Source of the DNA: an uncultured Chloroflexia bacterium | GTDB taxonomy: Bacteria; Chloroflexota; Dehalococcoidia; SM23-28-2 | NCBI GenBank assembly: GCA_963701285.1 | Contig: OY969584.1 | Coordinates: forward strand, 697,498-761,497 | DNA: 64,000 nucleotides | Direction: 5' to 3' | Shown here: one piece after another, positions 18,164-27,645 of the stretch | Layout of the letters: every line of letters begins with the position of its first letter | Position numbering within the stretch: position 1 is the first letter of the stretch | Notes under the pieces: generated by a model | Seen by the model: the letters and a program-made list of their open reading frames with translations, nothing else | What the model was told of the DNA's origin: nothing | Databases searched by the model: none | Translations under genes and position numbers: made by a program

Positions 18164-20236
18164 CTAGGGCGACTTCGCCGTCTGGGCGTCCGGCGGGTCG
18201 CTGCCGGCCACCCCGGCTGCCGCCCGGGTGGGGGCCATCGCCAGGTCCAACAGCTCCGCCACGTCGTAGACCTTCATCTCGCGCTCAGCGGCGGCGGGCA
18301 CCGCCCCCACGCCGTCCTCAAACATCTGCATGCAGAAGGGGCAGGCGGTGGCGACGACCTGGGCGCCGGTGCCGACTGCCTCCTCGGTGCGTTCCACGTT
18401 TATCCTCTTGCCCTTGGCCTCCTCCATCCACATGTGGGCGCCGCCGGCGCCGCAGCAGAAACCCTGCGCTCGGGCGCGCTGCATCTCCAGCCGCTCGACG
18501 CCGGGCAGGCTGTCCAGGATCTCGCGCGGCGAGCCGTAGATGTTGTTGTGGCGGCCCAGGTAGCAGGAGTCGTGGTAGGTGGTCTTCTCGGCCAGGTTCT
18601 GCTGGGGCCTTAGCTTGCCTTCCTTGACCAACTGGGCGAAGAAGTCGGCGTGGTGCACCACCTCGAAGTCGCCGCCGAACTGCGGGTACTCGTTCTTGAT
18701 GGTGTTGTAGCAGTGGGGGCAGTTGGCCAGGATCTTCCGCACGCCCTTGGCCTTGAAGGTCTCGATGTTCTGCTGGGCCTGGAGCATGAACAGGTACTCG
18801 TTGCCGAAGCGGCGGGCAGGGTCGCCCGAGCAGCCCTCCTCGGCCCCCAGCACGCCGTAGCTCACGCCGGCCTCTTTCAGCAGGCGGGCGATGGCCTTGG
18901 TGATGAGGACGTTGCGGTCCACCAGGGCGCCTGTGCAGCCCACCCAGAACAGGTACTCCTGGGAGCCATCGAAGATGGGGATGTCGCCCATCTCCTCGAT
19001 CCAGGTGGTGCGGGTGAGCTGGGTGCCCCGCCAGGGATGGCCCCGCTGCTCCAGCTGCATGAGGGTGGCCTGGGCCGTCTCCGGCATGCGCGCCTCGTCC
19101 ATCACCAGGTAGCGGCGGACGTCGATAATGGCGGGGACGTGCTCGATGAACACCGGGCACTCGTACATGCAGGCGCCGCAGGTCACGCAGTCCCATATCG
19201 ACTCGAAGCCCATGGCGTCGACGAGCGGCACGCCGCGCTCGCCGGTGACGTTGAGGTTGAGCACCGGCACCGACAACAGGTCCGGCGCGTTCACGAGTAG
19301 CTGCTGGCGCAACTGGTGGGCGATGTCTTTGGGGGACAGCTCTTTGCCGGTGTTGAAGGCAGGGCAGGCGATCTGGCAGCGGCCGCACTCGGTGCAGGTG
19401 TAGCCGTCCAGGAGCTGCTTCCAGGAGAAGTCCTGGATGCGGCCCACGCCGAACACCTCCCGCGTCTCGATGTCGGGGATGGGCTGGAGGACGCCCGTGG
19501 GCGCGATGCGGCGGAAGAACACGTTGGGGGCGGCGGTGAAGATGTGCAGGTGCTTGGAATAGGGCAGGAAGTTCAGGAAGAGCAGGAAGTCGAGCAGGTG
19601 GGCATACCAGAAGCCGGTGTGAAAGGCCTTTAGGAGGCCCACGTCGGTACCGTTGAATGTCTGCGCCATGGCATGAGAGAAGAAGGCCCGCCCGTCGTGC
19701 GAGAAGGGCTCGATGGAGATCTGGAAGGCCACCGCGAACAGATCGGTGATCATCAGCAGGCCGATAAAGGTAAGGATGATGCGGGCGTCCCAGTTAAGGG
19801 TCATGCGTGGCGGCTTGTAGATCTCACGGCGGGCCAGGGCCATCCCCACACCGATGATGGTCAGGATCTCGAACGTCTGCATGACCGGGAAGTAGGCCAA
19901 CCACGGCGCGCTGGCCCAGGACATGAAGCTCAGGTTCTCGTTGATGCCTTCCAGGAAGAAGTTGATGGTGTTTAGCTGGAAGGTCATGAAGCCCCAGAAG
20001 ATCGCCAGGTGCAGGAAGCCCGAGTACGCGAACCGGGGGCGGGCCACCCGCGCCTGGGTCAGCACCAGGGGGACGAACGAGACGACCCGCTCGACGATCC
20101 GGTTCAGCCGCAAGTCGGGCCTGCCCAAGAAGAGCAGGCGGACGCGGACGTAGGCCGAATAGGCGAAAAAGGCGAGGAGCGCGACGGTGAGGACGTAAAA
20201 GAAGATACTACCGGGGAGCTGGGTCGAAGGTGCCAT
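18164..20236 (-). CDS. EtfD-like membrane-anchored Fe-S oxidoreductase (N-terminal polytopic membrane domain, two 4Fe-4S ferredoxin motifs, HdrD/GlpC-type CCG domains)
   Basis: 690 aa with about 6 N-terminal TM helices, CTECGRCQIACP and CVTCGACMYECP motifs, and Cys-rich CCG domains (CPHCYNT, CCGAGG, CPFC). Lies immediately upstream of etfBA on the same strand. Confidence 0.65.
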   Translation of the reverse strand: MAPSTQLPGSIFFYVLTVALLAFFAYSAYVRVRLLFLGRPDLRLNRIVERVVSFVPLVLTQARVARPRFAYSGFLHLAIFWGFMTFQLNTINFFLEGINENLSFMSWASAPWLAYFPVMQTFEILTIIGVGMALARREIYKPPRMTLNWDARIILTFIGLLMITDLFAVAFQISIEPFSHDGRAFFSHAMAQTFNGTDVGLLKAFHTGFWYAHLLDFLLFLNFLPYSKHLHIFTAAPNVFFRRIAPTGVLQPIPDIETREVFGVGRIQDFSWKQLLDGYTCTECGRCQIACPAFNTGKELSPKDIAHQLRQQLLVNAPDLLSVPVLNLNVTGERGVPLVDAMGFESIWDCVTCGACMYECPVFIEHVPAIIDVRRYLVMDEARMPETAQATLMQLEQRGHPWRGTQLTRTTWIEEMGDIPIFDGSQEYLFWVGCTGALVDRNVLITKAIARLLKEAGVSYGVLGAEEGCSGDPARRFGNEYLFMLQAQQNIETFKAKGVRKILANCPHCYNTIKNEYPQFGGDFEVVHHADFFAQLVKEGKLRPQQNLAEKTTYHDSCYLGRHNNIYGSPREILDSLPGVERLEMQRARAQGFCCGAGGAHMWMEEAKGKRINVERTEEAVGTGAQVVATACPFCMQMFEDGVGAVPAAAEREMKVYDVAELLDLAMAPTRAAAGVAGSDPPDAQTAKSP

Positions 20237-20547
20237 CCACCACTCCCTTCCAGGTCCCGCCGCGGCGGGGCGCGCATGCGGAAGTCGGTGACCGGCTCAT
20301 CGAAGTGAGTCCGCGCGATATGATATCGCCCCACATTGTTGTGGTCAACCGCGTGTACTCGTCGGCGTAGCGTAACCTTCTCTGTGTAAAAAGGGGGGCG
20401 CACCCTTTGCAGCAAGCAGGCAAAAGCAAGCTGCGAAAACGGAACGCTGCTGTTGTCCGGCGTGCGATAAGGATCAGCGGACCCGCAGCGACGGACCAAC
20501 TTGCCGACGCCGCGGGAGGTGCGCGTAGAGAAGCTATAGTGGCCCCT

Positions 20548-20556
20548 TGATATAAT
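20548..20556 (+). promoter_or_regulatory. Extended -10 element TGaTATAAT for murJ, implying a leaderless or near-leaderless transcript
   Basis: TGATATAAT ends 10 nt before the ATG at 20567 and 4 nt before the GTG at 20561. Confidence 0.35.
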
Positions 20557-20566
20557 CGCCGTGAGC

Positions 20567-22201
20567 ATGAAGAGCACCATAGGCAAGACCGCCGGGGCGC
20601 TGCCGGCTCGACCGTGGGGTGGACTGGCCGGCGCCGCCACCGTCGTGGCGCTGGGCTTCCTGGGCAGCCGTCTGCTGGGCGTCGTGCGCACCGTCGTCAT
20701 CGCCCGGGCCTTCGGCACCAGCCCCGAGCTGGGGGCGTACTGGGTGGCCTTCCGGCTGCCCGACCTCATTTTCCTGGTGCTGGCCGGCGCCACCCTGGGC
20801 AGCGCCTTCATCCCCACCTTCGCCCGCCACATCGCTCAGCGGGACGAAGAGGCGGCCTGGCGTCTGGCCAGCTCCGTCCTGAACATGGTGGCGGGTACCA
20901 CCGCCGCGCTGGTGGTGGTGGCGGTCGTGCTGGCGCCCTGGATCGTGGACGCCATGGCGCCGGGCCTGGGCAAGGACGTGGGCCGCGAGGGCCAGCTCCA
21001 TGGCCTGGCCACGGACCTCACCCGCATCATGCTCGTCTCGCCCTTCCTCTTCGCCATAAGCGGCATGCTGACCGGCATCCTCAACGCCCGCCACCACTTC
21101 TTCCTGACGGCCCTGGCCCCCATGCTCTACAACCTGGCGATCATCTTCGCCGCCCTGTTCCTGGCCGGGCCGTGGGGCGTGCGCGGCCTGGCGGTGGGCG
21201 TGGTGGCGGGCTCCGGGCTGCACCTGGCGATACAACTGCCGGGGCTGGCCACCGTGGGCATGCGCTACCGGCTGGAAGCCCGCTGGCGCGACCCCGACGT
21301 GCGCGAGGTGGTGCGCCTGATGCTGCCGCGAGTCGCTGGTCTGGCCGCCGCGCAGGCCAACTTCATCGTCGCCACCTACTTCGCCTCGCAGATGAGCGAC
21401 CAGACCATCTCGGCCCTGAACTACGCCTGGCTCCTGGTGATGATGCCCATGGCCTTGTTCGGCGTGGCTATTGCCACCGCTGTCTTTCCCACCATGGCCC
21501 AGCAGGCGGCGTCGGATAGCCTGGACCACCTGCAAAGCACCCTCTACTCTAGCCTGCGCTACATCCTGTTTCTCACCATCCCCGCCAGCGTGGGGCTGAT
21601 CCTCCTGCGCGAGCCGCTGGTGACCCTGCTCCTACAGCGGGGCGAGTTCAGCGCGGCCGCCACCGACGTCACTGCCTCAGCCCTGCTCTTCTACTCGATC
21701 GGCCTGTTCGCCCACAGCTCGCTGGAGATCCTGAGCCGCGGCTTCTACGCCCTGCGCGATACGCGCACGCCGGTAGCGCTGGCGTTGCTCTCCATGGGCC
21801 TGAACCTCCTCTTCAGCCTGGCTCTGAGGGGGCCTATGGAGCAGGATGGCCTGGCCCTCGCCATGTCCCTGGCCACGGCCATCGAGGCGTCCCTCCTGTT
21901 TCTCGTCCTGCGACGCCGCCTGGGCGGCGGCGACGCCGTTCCGCTGGTGGACTTCCTCCTGCGCACGGCGGCCGCCACCGGCCTGATGGCGGTCGTGGTC
22001 GTGGCTTTCCTGGCTGGCCAGGACGCCTTCGACCCCCTGAGCGGCCACACCGTCTGGCAGTCGCTGGTGAAGGTCATGGGAGGGGCCTCGCTGGGCACGG
22101 CTGTATTCTTCCTGGCGGGCTTCGCCCTGCGCAGCCCGGAGGCGTTGGGCGCCTGGCGCCGCCTGCGCCTGGCCGTGGCCGGCGCGCTTTCGGCGGGATA
22201 G
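20567..22201 (+). CDS. murJ: Lipid II flippase MurJ/MviN
   Basis: Polytopic membrane protein of about 545 aa with MurJ-like N-terminal helices (GSRLLGVVRTVVIARAFGTSPELGAYWVAFRLPDLIF). The track ORF starts at GTG 20561; the ATG at 20567 is preferred given the promoter position. Confidence 0.8.
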   Translation: MKSTIGKTAGALPARPWGGLAGAATVVALGFLGSRLLGVVRTVVIARAFGTSPELGAYWVAFRLPDLIFLVLAGATLGSAFIPTFARHIAQRDEEAAWRLASSVLNMVAGTTAALVVVAVVLAPWIVDAMAPGLGKDVGREGQLHGLATDLTRIMLVSPFLFAISGMLTGILNARHHFFLTALAPMLYNLAIIFAALFLAGPWGVRGLAVGVVAGSGLHLAIQLPGLATVGMRYRLEARWRDPDVREVVRLMLPRVAGLAAAQANFIVATYFASQMSDQTISALNYAWLLVMMPMALFGVAIATAVFPTMAQQAASDSLDHLQSTLYSSLRYILFLTIPASVGLILLREPLVTLLLQRGEFSAAATDVTASALLFYSIGLFAHSSLEILSRGFYALRDTRTPVALALLSMGLNLLFSLALRGPMEQDGLALAMSLATAIEASLLFLVLRRRLGGGDAVPLVDFLLRTAAATGLMAVVVVAFLAGQDAFDPLSGHTVWQSLVKVMGGASLGTAVFFLAGFALRSPEALGAWRRLRLAVAGALSAG

Positions 22202-22287
22202 CGCGGCGCGAGCGGGGCCGCGGCGGCCCGTTCAGGTTGCGTTCCGCTGCCTGATGCGTTTCGGGGTAGCAACTTTGGACGATGCCT

Positions 22288-22350
22288 GACCGCAGCCTGA
22301 AGGCTGCGGCATAGGATTCGGTTGATGCCACACCCTTCAGGGTGTGGTGC
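22288..22350 (+). repeat. Copy B of the two-hairpin repeat family; likely also acts as the murJ terminator
   Basis: gaCCGCAGCCtgaaGGCTGCGGcat-N12-atGCCACACCCttcaGGGTGTGGtgc. Confidence 0.6.
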
Positions 22351-22404
22351 TGAACCCCTACGACAGCATGAATCGGCGAACCACCGCACCCCCACCCATT
22401 TAGG

Positions 22405-22433
22405 TTGCGTTCCTGGAAGGGCTAACCTATAAT
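22405..22433 (+). promoter_or_regulatory. Near-consensus promoter TTGCGT-17-TATAAT for the zinc-ribbon gene
   Basis: Perfect -10 TATAAT lies 10 nt before the ATG at 22444. The AGGTTGCGTTCC motif also occurs at 22233. Confidence 0.45.
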
Positions 22434-22443
22434 CGGCCTAGAG

Positions 22444-22785
22444 ATGGCCCATAACGATAAAACTCTTGTTTGCCGCGATTGCGGGTCTAGCTTCGTCTTC
22501 ACCGCCGGCGAGCAGGCCTTCTATGCCAGCCGGGGCCTGCTGAACCAGCCGACGCGCTGCCCCTCCTGTCGCTCGGCGCGCAAGACGGGGCGGGCGCCGG
22601 AGGAGGATAGCTATGTCCACTACGGCTCCGGCGCCAGCTTCGGCGGACGGACGCCGCGCCAGATGCACCCGGCCCAGTGCGCCGAGTGCGGCCAGATGAC
22701 GGAGGTTCCCTTCTTGCCCCGCGGCGAGCGGCCCGTCTACTGTAGCGAGTGCTACAACAAGATCCGCGCGCGCCAAGGCGCCTAG
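22444..22785 (+). CDS. Small zinc-ribbon protein with four CxxC pairs (duplicated CxxC-x17-CxxC module)
   Basis: 113 aa: CRDCGSSF...CPSCR and CAECGQMTEV...CSECYNK. Confidence 0.6.
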   Translation: MAHNDKTLVCRDCGSSFVFTAGEQAFYASRGLLNQPTRCPSCRSARKTGRAPEEDSYVHYGSGASFGGRTPRQMHPAQCAECGQMTEVPFLPRGERPVYCSECYNKIRARQGA

Positions 22786-22837
22786 GCTGAACAAGCAGAC
22801 CCCAAGCCTAGGATCAAGAAGCTATTGGCTTCAGGGC

Positions 22838-23164
22838 ATGACCGGCCGAACCGCCATCGTCCAGCTTGCTCGCCTCCTGGGCCGGGAGGAGTTCTACCGA
22901 CGCCTGTCGCTGACCGAGGGCGGCGAGCCGCCCGCCCTGGATGACGAGCGCCTGGCGGCTTTGCGCTCCCTGGTGGACGAGCGGTTGGTGACACTCACGG
23001 AGGCGCTGGCTGTCGAGGCGGTCGTCAACGACGACGTCATCGACGCCGCCTCGGCCCGGGTGTACCTGGAGGACCGGCTCGCCACCTTCGGCGATCTGCT
23101 CACGGAGGCCGAACGCCAGGCACTGCGTGAAGGCTTTGGGCGGCTGGCCGAACGCTGGGGGTGA
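22838..23164 (+). CDS. Hypothetical small acidic protein
   Basis: 108-aa ORF with genome-typical codon bias; no recognisable motif. Confidence 0.3.
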   Translation: MTGRTAIVQLARLLGREEFYRRLSLTEGGEPPALDDERLAALRSLVDERLVTLTEALAVEAVVNDDVIDAASARVYLEDRLATFGDLLTEAERQALREGFGRLAERWG

Positions 23165-23276
23165 GGGGGCTCAGTCTGCCTTTCCTGCTCATCCTGAGCC
23201 TGTCGAAGGATGAGCGACGGCCCTATGGTTCGACAAGCTCACCATGAGCGGCCCACGGGGCGGCAGCACACCACGT

Positions 23277-23305
23277 TTGACACGACCGCTCGCCTTCGCT
23301 ACACT
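23277..23305 (+). promoter_or_regulatory. Candidate promoter TTGACA-17-TACACT for the T-box leader
   Basis: Consensus -35, 17-nt spacer and a good -10. Predicted TSS near 23312, about 290 nt upstream of the end of the T-box terminator hairpin. Confidence 0.45.
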
Positions 23306-23311
23306 GAGGAC

Positions 23312-23600
23312 AAATCCAGCAAAGGCGACGACGGAGACGAGTAGGGCGGCTATCTGCCCAGCGAGTCCCGGTTGGTGCGAGGGGACGCAGCCCTGGCCTC
23401 CCGAAAATCCCTCCCGAGCCGCCGACCGAACGCCCCCAACTGTCGGGGTCAGTAGGCTCGGCCGGAAGGCCCACCGTTAGCAGGGCAGGGGCACAACCCC
23501 GACGCGTCGGGACGTGCCCAGTAGAGCGCTCCGACACAGTCGGAGAATCAGGGTGGTACCGCGGGCAAGGCCCGTCCCTTTGGGGGGCGGGCCGTCTTGA
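23312..23600 (+). ncRNA. T-box riboswitch leader (probably Ile-tRNA-responsive) upstream of a small membrane ORF and ileS
   Basis: AATCAGGGTGGTACCGCGG at 23546-23564 matches the T-box consensus AAUUAGGGUGGUACCGCG. A canonical antiterminator can be drawn (GGG / 7-nt bulge UGGUACC / GCGGGC-aag-GCCCGU / CCC). It competes with the hairpin GGCCCGUCCC-uuugg-GGGGGCGGGCC followed by a U-containing tail. A Stem-III-like hairpin CUCCGACacaGUCGGAG lies just upstream. AUC triplets are present in upstream loops. Confidence 0.6.
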
Positions 23601-23618
23601 TATGGGGGCAGGACGGAC

Positions 23619-23996
23619 ATGGCGGGCGACGTGTTGATATATCTAGGCGCTACAGTAATCGCTCTGTGGGGGATAGCGCACATTGCCCCCACCAGGGCCG
23701 TCGTCGCCGGCTTTGGGGCGATATCGGAGGATAACAGGCGGATCATACTGATGGAGTGGGCTGCCGAAGGTCTAACGCTGGCCTTTATAGGGCTGCTCGT
23801 ACTGCTTATCACGGCGCTGCACGGATCGGAGGACTCTGTCTCGCTCAGTGTCTACCGAATATCCGCCGCGATGCTCTTTGTTATGGCGGCATGGACTTTG
23901 GTGACCGGAGCGAGAACATCGATCCTGCCGATAAAGGTCTGCCCAGCCGTGAAGACCGCCGTTGCAGCCCTATTCCTGGTGGGAAGCCTGTTGTAG
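23619..23996 (+). CDS. Small hydrophobic membrane protein (about 4 TM helices), hypothetical
   Basis: 125 aa, lower GC than its surroundings, directly downstream of the T-box leader and 40 nt upstream of ileS. Confidence 0.45.
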   Translation: MAGDVLIYLGATVIALWGIAHIAPTRAVVAGFGAISEDNRRIILMEWAAEGLTLAFIGLLVLLITALHGSEDSVSLSVYRISAAMLFVMAAWTLVTGARTSILPIKVCPAVKTAVAALFLVGSLL

Positions 23997-24036
23997 CCGG
24001 GCGACCCCGGGGTCATTCGTGGAGAAGGTGGCAACC

Positions 24037-27000
24037 ATGTTCCAACCTGTATCGAGCAAGGTCAGCTTCCCCCAGATGGAGGAGGCCATCCTCCGCCTCT
24101 GGCGAGAGCGGGACATCTTCCCCAAGAGCATCGAGCAGCGGCCGGAGGACCGCCTCTTCATCTTCTACGAGGGGCCGCCCTACGCCAACGCCAGCCCTGG
24201 CGTCCACCACGTCCTCTCCCGCATCTACAAGGACGTGATGGTGCGCTACAAGACCATGCGCGGCTATCGCGTGCCCCGCAAGGCCGGCTGGGACACCCAT
24301 GGCCTGCCCGCCGAGCTGGAGGTGGAGCGCGCCCTCGGCTTCAAGAGCAAGGCCGACATCGAGGCCTTCGGCATCGAGGAGTTCAACCGCCGCTGCCGCG
24401 AGAACGTCTTCGCCTACCTGAAGGAGTGGGAGGCCCTGACCGAGCGCATCGCCTTCTGGCTGGACCTCAAGGACGCGTACGTCACCTGCAACAACGACTA
24501 CATCGAGACCTGCTGGTGGGTGGTGAGGCAGCTCTGGGACCGCGGTCTGGTCTATCAGGACTACCGCGTGACCCCCCACTGCCCGCGCTGCGGCACATCC
24601 CTGTCCGACCACGAGGTGGCCCAGGGCTACCGCGAGGACACGCCTGACCCCTCGCTGTACATCAAGTTCCGCCTGACGGACGAATCAGTTAACCGGCTTG
24701 CTGATCAATTGCCGGAAGGCAATGCTCTGAAAGACGGCGTTCCGATCTTCATCGTTGCCTGGACAACGACGCCCTGGACGCTTCCCGGCAACACCGCTCT
24801 GGCGGTGCGATCCGGAAGCTGAGTACGTCCTGGTCGATCTGGAAACAGGTGGGCCTCAGGAACGGTTTATCTTCGCCAATGCACCGGGGCTCGACAACTT
24901 GATGGCCGTCACACTGCTGGAGAGTACGGGAGCGGCGCTCGCCTATCGCCGAATCTTCCCCGGCCGCGTACTGGCCGGCCTGCACTACGAGCCGCTGTAT
25001 CAGCCCCACAGGGATTGGGGAGTTCGGGCTCTGGCATTTCGACCGTGGGGGCCCTCTCTCCTGACAGGGAAAGAGGCGACCAAGGAGACACAAGTCGCCG
25101 AGGGGCGGATGCAACTCGTGCCCGTGGACGATGTCGGTACGGTGGAGAAGGCTTACGCCGTCATCGCCGCCGATTTTGTCTCGCTCAGCGAGGGGACGGG
25201 GATCGTGCACATGGCGCCCGCCTTCGGGGCCGAGGACTTCGACGCCGGCAGGGCGGAGGGCCTCCTGTTCCTCCAGCCGGTGGACCTGCGCGGGGAGATG
25301 ACAGGCGGGCCCTTCGACGGCCTGTTCGTCAAGGACGCCGATGACCTGATCCTGGGTGACCTGAAGGAGCGCGGCCTCCTCCTGCGGCGGGAGACCATCC
25401 ACCACACCTATCCCTTCTGCTGGCGCTGCGACACGCCTCTGCTCTACTATGCCAAGCCCTCCTGGTACATCCGCACCACGGCCGTCAAGGAGCGCCTGGT
25501 GGCCCTGAACCAGGAGATCAACTGGTACCCGGCCCACATCCGCGACGGGCGGTTCGGCAACTGGCTGGAGAACAACATCGACTGGGCGGCCTCGCGCGAG
25601 CGCTTCTGGGGCACTCCGATCCCTATCTGGCGCTGCGAGAAGTGTGGTGAGACCTGCTGCATCGGCTCGGTGGCCGAGCTGCGCGAGGCGGCGCGCGACA
25701 AGGCCAAGGCGGGGGCACTGGCCGACCTGCATCGCCCCTATGTGGACGACATCGCCCTCGCCTGCGCCTGCGGCGGCGAGATGCGCCGCGTGCCGGAGGT
25801 ACTGGACGTCTGGTTCGACTCGGGCTCCATGCCCTACGCCCAGTGGCACTACCCGTTCGAGAACGCCGAGACGTTCCGCAAGAGCTTCCCGGCCGACTTC
25901 ATCTCCGAGGCCGTCGACCAGACGCGCGGCTGGTTCTACACCCTGCACGCCCTGGCCACCCTCCTCTTCGATAGCGTCTGTTTCCGCAATGTCATCTGCC
26001 TGGAGCTGATCCTGGACGCGAAGGGCGACAAGATGAGCAAGTCGCGGGGCAACGTGGTCGAGCCGTGGGCGGTGATCAACGCCCACGGCGCCGACGCCCT
26101 GCGCTGGTGCCTGTTCACCGCCAGCCCGCCGGGAACGGCCCGCCGCTTCTCCACCGACCTGGTGGGCGAGGCCCTGCGCAAGTTCCTGCTCACCCTGTGG
26201 AACACCTACTCCTTCTTCGTGACCTACGCCCTCATCGACCGCTTCGACCCCCGCACGCCGGCGGTCGGCGAGCGCTCGGACCTGGACCGCTGGGTGCTCT
26301 CGGAGTTGAACGCGCTGGTGGACAGGGCCACCAGCTACATGGAGGACTACAACCCCACCGAGGCCGGCCGGGCCATCCAGAGCTTCGTCGACGACCTGTC
26401 GAACTGGTACGTCCGGCGTAACCGTGGCCGCTTCTGGAAGAGTGAAAACGACGCCGATAAGCTGGCCGCCCACCAGACCCTGTACACCTGTCTGGTGACG
26501 GTGGCCAAGCTGCTGGCACCCTTCGCACCATTCATGGCTGAGGAGATGTACCAGAACCTGGTGCGTTCGGCGTTTCCGGACGAACCGGAGAGCGTCCACC
26601 TGGCCGAATGGCCGACTGCGGACCTCTCTTTGGTCGACGAGCAGCTGATGGAGGACCAGAGGGTGGCGATGCGGTTCTCTACGCTGGTTCTGAGCGCCCG
26701 GAGCAAGGCCGGGATTCGCGTCCGCCAGCCCCTCCGGGTGGTGCATTACCAAGCCCGCGATGAACGAGAGAAGCGGTCGCTCAAGCGCGTCGTCGAGGTC
26801 GTAAACGCCAACACCAACGTGCAGGCGTACGACTTCGACGACCTGGCGAAGTGGGTCACCCTCACCGATATTTCGGTGGCTGAGGACGGAGGATCGGGCG
26901 TCGCCCTCGATACCACCATCACACCCGAGCTGGCTGATGAGGGTCTGGCCCGCGAGATCGTGCACCGCCTCCAGACGATGCGCAAGAACGCCGGCTTCGA

Positions 27001-27205
27001 CATCGCCGACTACATCACTACCCATTATCAGGGCGAGGCCGACCTCACCCGCGTGCTGCGCCAGTTCGAGGGCTACGTGCGGCAGGAGACGCTATCGCGG
27101 GAGCTGGTAGAGGGCCCGCCGCCGGAGGGCGCCCACGTGGAGGAGCACAAGCTCGGTGGCCACACCGTGCGCCTGGCGGTGAGGCGCCTGCCGGCGGGCG
27201 GGTAA
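24037..27205 (+). CDS. ileS: Isoleucyl-tRNA synthetase, split by a single-nucleotide frameshift near 24808
   Basis: N-terminal part in track ORF 23962..24822 (HIGH-class motifs, ...TTPWTLPGNTALAV then a stop). The remainder is in ORF 24755..27205 (KMSKS, zinc-binding C-terminus). Deleting the C in gcggtgCgatccg restores ...ALAVDPEAEYVLVDL. Confidence 0.9.
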
Positions 27206-27276
27206 GTTGGGGCGCTGCTCGCCGCGCCCGATTTGGGCTGGCATCTGATTGGCCTACGGCGAGGCCTGGCTCGCTC

Positions 27277-27379
27277 GGAGGAGATGGCGGGCCTGGCCGC
27301 CTACCTGGCCTCCGACGCCTCGGAGTTCGTCAGCGGCCAGACCATCTTCGTGGAGGGCGGCGCGCTAGCGCACATCTAG
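27277..27379 (+). pseudogene. 3' remnant of a short-chain dehydrogenase/reductase gene (last 33 codons only)
   Basis: In-frame ...EEMAGLAAYLASDASEFVSGQTIFVEGGALAHI* is a typical SDR C-terminus, with no upstream body. Confidence 0.4.
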
Positions 27380-27645
27380 GCGAATGGGGTGACCCTTGGC
27401 CAGAGAGCAGAACACTGAGAAAGCGCGTCTCCTCTCCCTCGCCCACTCAGGTCGCGTGGGACATCTACCTGTTCTATGACATGAACAGCAGGTGGATCAA
27501 CGGGCCGCCCGCGCCGGTCCATTTCGTGCATCAGTTGCCATGGGAGCCCGTGCATTTCAGGACCGGCGCCGACTTGGTCCGGGGACTCCACGAGGCCATG
27601 AAGAGGCTGATAACTGCACAGGCCTAGGCTGTGGGACGCCTCGGC

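Noticed and set aside
23165-23620. 450-nt ORF-free structured region considered as RNase P RNA or tmRNA
   Set aside because: No P4 (AGGAAAGUCCGG / ACAGAACCCGGCUUA) or tmRNA 5'-GGGG...3'-CCA/T-arm signatures. The region is explained by a promoter plus T-box leader (consensus T-box sequence and antiterminator) preceded by a repeat hairpin.
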